A stretch of DNA of 64,000 bases from Amoebophrya sp. A120 (lineage: Eukaryota > Protista > Dinoflagellata), in contig CAJINV010000003.1 of NCBI GenBank assembly GCA_905178155.1, positions 1,253,560 to 1,317,559 on the forward strand, given 5' to 3'. Made by a program: the position numbers and the translations under genes. Numbering within the stretch: position 1 is the first letter of the stretch; each line of letters begins with the position of its first letter. Shown here one piece after another: positions 42,026-51,630 of the stretch. The notes below the pieces were generated by a model. The model saw only the letters and a program-made list of their open reading frames with translations. It searched no databases and was not told the DNA's origin.

Positions 42026-44007
42026 TTAGTTACTGCCCGGGAGAAACGCGTCCGTGCGACCAAGAGAAATCAAAGGGTGATGGCCGTACCCGAGAGGACA
42101 GGGGCGCGTGGCGATTTCGCACACCGAGATGATATTTTGCATGTCCACGTCGCCGATTCTGTTGATGCAAGTGCCAAAGAGCCGGAGGCGGTCTTGCAAA
42201 TTCTCCACGTCCCACTTATTGTCGCGCTGCTGCAACGGCGTGCGAACGAGCGGCAGTGCGGACCCGCAGGGACAGCGTGTACTTTCTTATGAATTGCAAA
42301 TTAATATGTCTGGGTCTGGAAGATTGCGAGATTTGTATTACTGAACTGGCATACCCCTGAACTCTGTGATGCATGTTGTGGTATAGCGCCAAAACTCTTT
42401 CATGCAAAAACGCGATTTCTCATGCGTGGCTGCGTATCAGAATCAGTTTGTGATGCATGTATTAGCATCACAAGTTTCCAGACCCAGACATATTTGCATT
42501 TGATAGTAGTAAAGGAGCGACGAAGATTTATTTTGGTGTGTTGGCTGTCGGTAGTTGATGTTGTCCAGCTCGGGGCATCGTGGCTAATAGACGTCGACAA
42601 ATTGGGCGTACTTGTCGTGTTAGAACCATCAACGACAGCACACGGCTCGCACGAGATGACGTCGACCTGGGAAGAACAATCTTTCTCTACTTCCTGGCGT
42701 TGGAGATCATCTTCAAGGTCCTCGATGATCGGCGGCCGATTCTTTGCCTTTTTGGTAGTAGTTTCCTTGCTCCTGCTCGCAGTCCCCATCTCGTGGTCGT
42801 CCTCCTGCTTTTTCATTTCGCGGCCCGCCCCAAATGCGCCAACCACGTGGTCAGACATTGTCATGGTGGAGAGTTCATCTCCGCTTCTACGTCTATTCAG
42901 CACGCTATTGCTGCTCGCATAAAATTCCTCTACGAGAGGTGAACCCTGAGAGGTGCGAGGATCTTGCTCCTGGTTCTTCTTGCGCGGCAAGGTGGACGGC
43001 AAGCGAGGCAGCAGCTCCTGCTGCTCTCGCTTATCATCTTCGTGGAAGGCCCGCTGGTCCTGCACCAGCTCGGTTTTGATTCCCTTTGCTTCCTCTTCAC
43101 TGCCGTTGTCGGAATAGATCTCGCATCCGCCCAGGCCCGGGGGAAATGACCCAGAAGCACAACCGCCCCGCGTGGCGTAGCTGATGCGGGAAGCACGAGG
43201 AAGGCCCCCTTGATGATCCTCGTCTTCAAATGTTGAGAAGTCGCACTTTATTCCTGGTCTGTCGTGGTTCCAAGCACTTGCTCCACTCAAGACGGGCACG
43301 TAGTTGCTGCGCAGGAGCTGTTCTTCTTCTTTGGAGCTGGTGCCAAATCCACCAGGAAAAATATCAACGCTCTCCAATCGTTTTGGATTTGGCTCTCCTG
43401 GTTCTATCAGGGTCAAGAGCTCGTCGCCCATGAGTCTCCGATTCGTATTCGCAGATGCTGCATGGATTTTCTTCGACGTCGTCTCCCGGCGCGACCTCTT
43501 CGCAGATGCTGCACGGGATTTCTTCAACGTCGTCTCCCGGCACGAAGGATCTACTTCGTCACCAGAACTCTCAATCGAGAAGCAAGGCAGGTCCAGCGCC
43601 TCTTCGTTTTTTTTCGCTTCCTCATAGGCCGTGTCGGGGTCGTAGTGGCACACCAAGTTTGAGTCGCACCGCTGAACTCCCGCGACGTCCTTGCGTATTT
43701 TCATCTGCCGTAGGTCACCGAAGTCATCGTCCTCACTGCTGTCGGAGAGGGGACAGGGAGGCAGAGGCAGCGCAGGCTCAGCTTCATCTTGCTTGTCCTC
43801 CTGCAGGTTGAGTTCCTTTGTAGACGTGGTCTTTTTATTGCCCAGAAAGAACGACGGTCGACGGCTGTAAGTAGTAGTTCCCGTACACGCGACGCCTTCC
43901 GTCGTAGCTTCCATTTTCTTCGGCCTGTTTCTCAAACTCGTCATCTGTCGACAGTTTTCTATTGAACAGGTTCTTTGAACTCCACCGTGGCTCGTCCTTG
44001 TTCGCAT
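42026..44007 (-). CDS. Hypothetical low-complexity acidic protein, or the 3' part of the 43835-46539 gene; interrupted by element 42288-42505
   Basis: The 535-aa ORF 42400..44007 runs into the element. Removing 42288-42505 joins …NLRRSFTT to ESTRCPCGSALPLVRTPLQQRDNKWDVEN… in frame. The true 3' end is uncertain (possible further exon near 41641-41850). Confidence 0.55.
42288..42505. mobile_element. MITE-like introner copy 1 (218 bp, degenerate left TIR, no intact TSD)
   Basis: Left TATGAATTGCAAATTAATATGTCTGGGTCTGGAAG, right TTCCAGACCCAGACATATTTGCATTTGATA. Same TIR family as the copies at 45106, 45522 and 48516. Confidence 0.8.
43448..43545. repeat. 51-bp in-frame tandem duplication
   Basis: TTCGCAGATGCTGCA…CGTCGTCTCCCGGC starts at 43448 and again at 43499 (RETTLKKSRAASAK / RETTSKKIHAASAN). 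Confidence 0.85.
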
Positions 44008-46539
44008 CTTGTTCGCCCAACTGGAAGATATTCATCGGGTTGGTCGTGTTGCTGTTCGTGCGGGTCGTGCTAGTGGTAGCGCTCCTCTTCTTGTTCTCTA
44101 AAAATGCTTGCTCATCTCCCAGCGGAGCTATGTCTCCTCCGCTTGAAGATACTACTTCGTCCCCCGCAAAATTGACCCGGTGCTTCTTGAGCCGATCTGC
44201 GTTCATGAGGTTCTGCAACGCCCCACTCCCCTCGGAATCCGCTAGCGAGGGGAGGGACAGACCGCGAGACCGGCACGACGGTTCATCAGGTCGCCGCCCA
44301 AGGGAAGTGGTAATCATGCTACCGTCCACGTGGAGGCTGGCAAGGGCACTGCTGCCGCCGGTTTTCAAAATGCCTCGACGGGGGCTGCACGGAGCATTAT
44401 TATAACCCGCAGCACTTGCATCATGTAGAGGAGTAGTAGGCGCCATTGGCATTGCAGGAGCAGCTGCGCCAATGACAGTTTCTGAAGACGGCGCGACCGA
44501 AACTGCCCCAGCCGGGAAGAACGATGGATAATTCTCATCGGATTTGTTCACATCGACGCACAGCTGTGCCGACTGCTGCTCTTCCGGCGGAGCCGTTTGG
44601 TCGTTTTGCTGCTCTTGTTCTTCGTCCCTAGAAGTACTTCTCAAGTGCTCGTTCAACATTTTCTCGCGCCCCTGCCCGCTCGGGCGGTCCAGCATGGTAA
44701 AGGTTCCAGGTTTTTGGACCAACGCCCAGGCGATGTCGCAGCCCTGTTTCGTCTCCAGCTCGACAGCCGCTCTCAGGTCGGAAGGAGTGGCCCTCGAACA
44801 ACGACGCTCCTGCTGCGCCCGCCTCTTGACCTCCTTCTCGGCCCGCGTACGCAAGATGTCTCGGTTCACCCCACACGTTTTCGCGAAGGATTCCCCGAAG
44901 CAACAAAGCCGGTTCTTGACTCCTGCAGGTTGTTGTTTCTTGTTGATCAGCTTTTTGGTCCACGCTCGCTTTATGTCTCCCGCCCATTCTAACTCCGGTG
45001 TAGTCCGCGACGTCTCCCTCGCAGCCTTCTCGCACATCGCCCGCAACCGCAGGTATTCGAGACCCTCCGCCGCGCCCTCGGGGTCCATTGTGAGAAACAC
45101 GGGAGTATCAAATGCAAAAATGTTTGGGTCTGGAAGAATGCAAGATTTGTCATGCATATTTCTCATGGCCCGTGATGCCTGTAATGCATGACTTAGCATC
45201 GCAGACTTTTAGAGGGCTTCCTGATGCACCTTCCGCATGAGAAATGCCCTGTCCGTGTAGCGCAAATCATACCCCTCTTGCTGGTCATGCAATACAAATT
45301 TTTTTAGAGTCCAAAAACAGCATGACAAGTTGCAATCTCCCAGACCCAGACATTTTTACATTTGATAGGGAGCCACGACGGAGAGCTTCGCGAACGCCTC
45401 CAGTAAGGCCAGACAGTGCCGCTGGGCCCGCACGTCTGTGCCCATCATGGTGCTGACCAAACCGGCCAGAACTCGCAGGCTGTCGATCCCAACACAGGTG
45501 ACGTTGTACACCTGAAACAGGTATCAAATGCAAAAGTGTCTGGGTCTAGAAGGATGCAAACTTGTCATGCTTAGTCTGGATCATGCAAAAATCTGTGTTG
45601 CGTGATTACCAAAGGATGGCCATTTTTGACCAAGTTTGGAGTGAGTTTCTCATGCAGAGTGGGCATGATACAGACCTCACAGGATCTGTTATGCTAGATC
45701 CTGCATTCCAGACCTCATTTGCATTTGATAACAGGCCCCCAAGGTAGACGAACACTTCAAACGTGGTCCACAGAGGTTGGTCCTTCCTGGTGAAAAACTC
45801 CCCGAGCGGATTTGTTCCGTCGTTCTCGTTCAACGAATCAAAGTGCCCAAGTGGTCGACGAGGGCCAGTCGCCTATCCTGTGTAAAAATGCGGCCCACAC
45901 CCCATAGTCAAGATGGGGAATCGGCTAGACAAATCGAAATCCACAAGCTTTGGCTGTCTTGCATGACATACACAGACTGTGCAACTGCGGGAATGGCATT
46001 GTGTATCAGGCTGTCTTGCGATCTAGTGCATCATGCTGATTGCAGCATGACAAATTGCAAAACACGACTAGAAAATGCTTCTCATGGGGCTCCGCACGAG
46101 AAACATTTTCAGCAGGCAGATTCGCATTACAACTATGGGATCGTGGGGACATTTTTCAATACGATATCGCCTCCATCTTCATCTGAAGGAGCCACGCGTT
46201 CTTGTTCATCTTCTTGCTCCGCTTGTGGCGCGCCGCGGCCGGACCAATGGCAGCACACGGCTCGCACGACACGACGACCTGGGCGGAACAATCTTCCTCT
46301 ACTTCCCGGCGTTGGAGATCATCTTTAAGGCCCTCCATGATCGGCGGAGAAGGTACCTCGTCGTCAGATGTTAAGAAGTCGCACTTCATTCCTGCTGTGT
46401 CGTGGTTCCAAGCACTTGCTGCACTCAAGGAGGACCTGCTCCCTTGGTCAATCGCAGCACGAGCCAAAACCCTACAGATTTCGGCTCGGCTCGGCTGCGT
46501 GGCGGCGTTCCAGAACTTTAAGAGTGCAGCTGGAGCTAA
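43835..46539 (-). CDS. Hypothetical protein split by three introner-type introns; start not determined
   Basis: Excising each element plus one TSD gives a continuous frame: …WLLQMKMEA|TGPRRPLGHFDSLNENDGTNPLGEFFTRKDQPLWTTFEVFVYLGGL|FQVYNVTCVGIDSLRVLAGLVSTMMGTDVRAQRHCLALLEAFAKLSVVA|PVFLTMDPEGAAEGLEYLRLRAMCEK… No family recognised. Confidence 0.75.
45106..45367. mobile_element. MITE-like introner copy 2 (262 bp, TSD GGGAG)
   Basis: GGGAG|TATCAAATGCAAAAATGTTTGGGTCTGGAAGA…TCTCCCAGACCCAGACATTTTTACATTTGATA|GGGAG. Excising 267 nt keeps the host frame. Confidence 0.93.
45522..45730. mobile_element. MITE-like introner copy 3 (209 bp, TSD ACAGG)
   Basis: ACAGG|TATCAAATGCAAAAGTGTCTGGGTCTAGAA…TTCCAGACCTCATTTGCATTTGATA|ACAGG. 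Excising 214 nt joins the flanking frames correctly. Confidence 0.92.
45874..46166. mobile_element. MITE-like introner copy 4, second TIR subfamily (293 bp, TSD TCGCC)
   Basis: TCGCC|TATCCTGTGTAAAAATGCGGCCCACACCCCATAGT…ACTATGGGATCGTGGGGACATTTTTCAATACGATA|TCGCC. Excising 298 nt restores the frame. It can be read as a GC-AG intron on the minus strand. Confidence 0.88.
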
Positions 46540-47278
46540 TCATGAGCTAATTCTTGACCACGCTTAATACTAGCTTCGGCTGCAGAGCGCGGATCCACCG
46601 TCGGAGCGGCCTGGTCGCGAGTTCAGCGATGGCAATAGTGAAAACCGCAATTGTGACAATGAAGGGAGGAAAAAAAATAGCACTGGCCTACAACTACCAA
46701 AACGACAAAGAGTAAGACAAGGAAAAGAAGTTGTAACAGAAATATTGACTATCTGATGAAACTAATTAAGAGCCTTAAAGTCTTTTTTGTACAGTTCTCA
46801 CATGCCTAAATTTGCGAGAGCAAGAAAACTGGAGATCGCTGTAAAATAGGAAAAGCGACAAACTTGAGAACTTTAAGCACGTATCGCAAAATTGAAAACT
46901 TGGAGGTCGCTGCAAGTTTAACTGTTTCCTCTGAGGATCGGAAAGCCTGAAAAATTATTATTTTTAAATGTAGTGTTTTGCTTATCGGCGGTTTGTATTC
47001 GGCAGAACTCGCCTTTTGCAGGATTATTTTGGACGTAAATCATAACTTAGCACGTTTTCCCCCGTGAGAAATGTGACTCGCGGCAAGGGCATCAACTCAA
47101 AAAATCTATAAGATGTCACAACTTGCCTGTTTTTCTAGGTCCGTGGAGTAAGCTGTTCTCAAAAAAGACAAACGCCTCATAAGTACTTCAGCGTCCGCCT
47201 TGTGGTGGTCTAACTAGCGGTAGGGTAGGAGTCCTACCCAGCTCCAAACTACCCGGTCTGGTTACCATGAGAGGCTGC

Positions 47279-47797
47279 TCACGGTGTGAAGACAGGTCGT
47301 GCAGTTGCATGTCTTGCAGCTCCTGGTTGGACGAGAGATAGAAAGACAACAAGGTCAAGCTTGAGCGGCTTCAACAGGTCGTGAAAAGACGAGATGTACT
47401 TGCTCACGCATACTCCTGCAGCCGCACGTGAGCGTGACGTCCAACCGCGGCATTTTCTCTCTCTCGAAAAAACACAACGGACACACGCACTCCCTTCTTG
47501 ATGAAAGAAGCGGGAAAAACAAAAACTCATGTCGTGTTTGTGCGCGACAAGCTTGAGAAAAATCACGACGGAGTCTGTCTCGAACACGATGCATTTTTCA
47601 CACAAACCCAATTCAAAACGCCGCACACCTGGTAGAGATGGGCGGTGGTGGTGGAGGTCCCACGCTATCTTATTGTGTAGTACAACACAGCAGGCACAGA
47701 AATCATACAGACGCGCCCCGTATGATTTTTTGCTTCGGAAACTGTACCGCGATTGATCCACTTTACAATATTTCTTACAACTCACGCAGTACCCCAT
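47279..47797 (-). CDS. Possible small Cys-rich hypothetical protein (172 aa)
   Basis: ATG-initiated ORF with several CxxC pairs (CVSCKKYC, CACC, CEKC, CVRC), in the same orientation as its neighbours. No other support. Confidence 0.3.
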   Translation of the reverse strand: MGYCVSCKKYCKVDQSRYSFRSKKSYGARLYDFCACCVVLHNKIAWDLHHHRPSLPGVRRFELGLCEKCIVFETDSVVIFLKLVAHKHDMSFCFSRFFHQEGSACVRCVFSRERKCRGWTSRSRAAAGVCVSKYISSFHDLLKPLKLDLVVFLSLVQPGAARHATARPVFTP

Positions 47798-48367
47798 ATT
47801 TTGGACAAGGCAGCAGATACAAGAACTGCAGTCAGTCCGGCGCAGGGCCGTAGGTGTTAATTTCGGTAGTGGAGGTACTAGGTAAGGAACTTTAATTTGA
47901 AAATTTCACAAAAACAACTGTGAGATAATATGAATTGCTGTTCTATCTTCTTGGGAAAAAAACGCTGACGCGCGCTCGTTAACTATGCAGGAGAACCGTG
48001 TGAAAGTACAAAATGACGAAAACTGTGAATAATACAATGAATTAGGTACAAATAAAGAGAAAACCGGGAAAAATAGGAAACGCGAGACGAAAAGCCATGC
48101 TGTTGAGACACGGCCATCGGCGATAGCGATGCGAATCGGGGAAGTTGTGCAGTTGCTAGTTGTCCCGGTTTGATTTTTTTGATAGCCCAAAGCCAAACAT
48201 TATCAAACACTCTGGACAATAAAAAAGCGAAAGCGCCGCGCACTTTCACCTCCTTTTCCTCTTCCTCCGATAATTCCACTACTGTATTTCGCCACAAGAA
48301 CGACCACTGCAATAAAGCCGCTTCGTCGGTAGAGACCTATCGGTCGCGGGACAGGACCACTTCCTCC

Positions 48368-50532
48368 CTAGGCCTGCGAGAAGCGGTCAAACAACATCGC
48401 CCGGGAGATCACGGTGATGTAGATTCCCAGGGCGATGGTGATCGTGCAGAAGACGATTTTGGTCATGAAGTTGTGGTTGTACCGGTGGTAGATCGTGTCC
48501 GACACGGCCCAGTCGTATCAAATGCAAATATGTCTGGGTCTGGAAACTTCAACTTGTGATGCTAAAACGTGCACGATGAAAACACTTCCGAATGCAGCCC
48601 AGCGTGACAACTTCCCAAAACGCTTTCTCATACGCAATCCGCATGAGAAACTACGTTTTTGCATGACAAAAGAGGTTGCGACTTTTGCTGCTTATGCAAT
48701 ACAGATTTCCCAGGAGTGTACAGCTAGCATTACAAGTTCCAACCTTCCAGACCCAGACATTTTTGCAGTGCATAAGTCGCCACCGATGTCCGCGCTCTCC
48801 TCCGCGTCGCCCTGGTCCATCATCTCAAAATTCAAATCGTCGTCGTCCTCGTCATCCAGTGCGTCCTGTGCGCGAACCACGCGCAAGGGCTTGTGGTGGA
48901 AGTTTTTCTGCTGGATCCAGGGAATCATCATGATCACCATACCCAGCGCCGCGCCAATTAGTCCGAGAACCTATTATTTTTCGATCGAATAAATTTGAGG
49001 ATGTTAAATGTTTATTTTATTGGATGCAGCTTCCCGGAAAAACAAAATCTAGCTGTTGATACTGTTGCAGCAAAAAAATATAAGGAGAACCAGCTTGACA
49101 GTCCGTCCAGACGAGTGCTCAAAAGCAAGTCGCAACTACCAAAACTACAACCATGACTTAGACCAAAGGCAGTGACGCGGGAAACTACTTAAAAGTGTGT
49201 TGAAAAGGACGAGTTATACGATGACAATGACGGAGTTGAAGCCTTTGAGCATGCCGTCCTGCAACAGGAACACGCTTCCAATCGCGAGGGATGGGATGCC
49301 AATCGTGAGTCCCAAAAACCATATAGCCGGGAAGGGGCACGTCGCAAGGAGGCGATCTCGCTCGGTCAAAGACTCGTCGCGATACTTCAGTCGGTACTCC
49401 TCCATCTTCGTTCGCCGCGCGTAAATCTCCTGAGTCACCACATTTTCGTTCGGCAGGCCCATCTCGTGCAACAGGTCACGGGTCACCTGATTTTCATTTT
49501 CGTAGTGAGGTCCAGGTCACGAAACTGGACCAAGTGCGCAGCAGCGAAGACGTTGTATACTTTCGCGGTGGTTTTTATGCAGTTGCAATGTTCATATTAG
49601 GAAAAATAGAAATGATCCCCCCTTGTGATAGACGTAGATATGTTTTATGTCAAGAAATAAGGAAAAAACAAGTACCCCCATCTGTGCTGCTTCGGCACTT
49701 ATTTTTGCGGCCTCGTCCTTCTTGTCGACCTCGTTTGGGTACAAGATGGAGTGGATCTCGGCGTATCGCTGCCAGGGTAGCCAAATCATGAGCTGCAGCA
49801 GGAACGACGGCAGGCCGGAACTGGGGTGGTGGTTTCTGCCCCTCCCCCCGGTCATCTGGATCAGAATACCCTGCAGGATCGTGATCACGTACCAAAGCGC
49901 GAACAGGATACCCGTCGCCTTCGCCTCGTACCGAAACTCCACCCACAACCCAAAAAAGATACACAGCATCCCACCAATCAGGTAGCACACCGTGTTTGGG
50001 ACCACCAGTGCGTGTCTGTGATGTAAAACGTAGTTTTTTCCTTTTTGATATCATGCTATTTGTTGAGACCACGCGCTCTATCTTGATGATAAATATGGCA
50101 AGAACTACGGGAAGTAGACTGCAGTTGCAACGATGTGCGAATGAAAAGAAAAAGCAAAAATGTGAAGAAAAAAAATTATCCGTACGCCAGCTCCTGCGAG
50201 TAGAGCGTGAAGGAGAGCTCGCGACAGCCTCCGCCGTACTTGCCGAGGATCCCTGGCCCCAGCTTCTGGTAGTCGTCGTCACCCAGCTTGTTCGTGGTAA
50301 TGGTCAGAAACCAAAGGTAGGTGATCAATCCGAGGCACATCGCGGTGATAGCCGGGAAGTCGCGCGCCGTCGTGCCCGGGGGCGGGCCCGTGTCCTCCGG
50401 GCTTTTGTGCTGCAACAGCGTTTTGTCCGCCACCGGCCGGCCGAGTTTCGCGTAGGATTGGCGGCTGAGGCCATCCATCGGCGCCGTGGAGCCCATGCCG
50501 CTCTCCAGCATCCTGTCGTCCTTCTTCCCCAT
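48368..50532 (-). CDS. Multi-pass (~7 TM) membrane protein, ~430 aa; join(50532..50186, 50015..49676, 49486..49220, 48970..48775, 48510..48368)
   Basis: Three phase-consistent GT-AG introns plus one introner. Hydrophobic segments include AITAMCLGLITYLWFLTI, VCYLIGGMLCIFFGLWV, GILFALWYVITILQGILI, AIWFLGLTIGIPSLAIGSVFLL, VIVIVLGLIGAALGMVIMMIPW and IVFCTITIALGIYITVI. Ends at TAG 48368-48370. Confidence 0.85.
48516..48774. mobile_element. MITE-like introner copy 5 (259 bp, TSD AGTCG)
   Basis: AGTCG|TATCAAATGCAAATATGTCTGGGTCTGGAA…TTCCAGACCCAGACATTTTTGCAGTGCATA|AGTCG. Excising 264 nt gives …ADIGGD|WAVSDTIYHRY…. Confidence 0.93.
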
Positions 50533-51630
50533 AGTAGCTGCTGCCACCGCTGCTGCTGGCAAGCGCGGTCGTGAGAAGCCAAAGTGCAGAAGGTGGAAGA
50601 ATTGTTTTTATTAAACTGTAGGTTTGATATTCTCGCTGTGGTGGCTTTTCAACACAAAATCAGATCGCCCGACGTCACCACCAAACGCCGGGCTCTACAA
50701 AAAAGATGCGGTAAGGGGGGAAATCAAATAACAAATAAAAATAAAACGGTGCTATAGCAAATGTTAAATTGAATCGCAGATCATTGCCCTTTGCCTCCGA
50801 AACGGGGGTACCGTCAAAGAGCCTGCAGTCGATGAATTTGAAGTTGATAAAATTGAGCAGTTTCGACGTAATGCAATCGTGACAAAGAACGAAAAGTTTT
50901 GAATCTGAATCCCGAGCGGACGCACCGACACGGACGAATCTGGTGCCCAACGAGGTTTTTTCCACAATTGTTTGTGCACGAAACCGACTTTTTGATATGG
51001 CTGTGCAGAACGAAGCCCGATTCTTCGAATGGCGTCCACGAGACAACTACAGTGACCGAATGAATCGCACGAGTAGTATTTTTTTCTCTACGTCGAGACC
51101 GAAAGGATGCTGATTTATTCTTTGACGACTTTGCAACGTCACCGACGACCAGCGAAGAGACAGACCGAGCAGAAGCTTCGAGTCGCATAAAAGTGCCCGT
51201 TGTTGCAATGAGCGCCCACACTGTAACCGAGCACCTGTTGATCATGAAACCGATCGGCGAAGACGAAGAGTATTGCTACTGCGTAAGGGCCGAAGGGGCG
51301 GAGAGCGACAGAGATTGATCGGTTAAGGTCCATTCCTAGTCTTTGGAAAGTAATTCTTTCGATAGTATCATCTTTTTCGCCATCCGTCAAAATTTGTTTG
51401 CAATTTCGATGTCCTCTGGAATTGACGACCGCGAAGGTGCCGACTACGCTTTTTCCAGTACAACTGAACCGAGGAGTTAGTGTAGTCTCATTCTCTGTCT
51501 AAGAACATGGAATCGGAATGAAGTAAACTGCAAGAAGAAGAACTAAAAGTAAAGTAGTACAAAAAGAAAAACAAAGCTCACGACGTGTTTTTGAAAAAAA
51601 AACTCATTTCTGACCTATCCAAAAAGTCAA

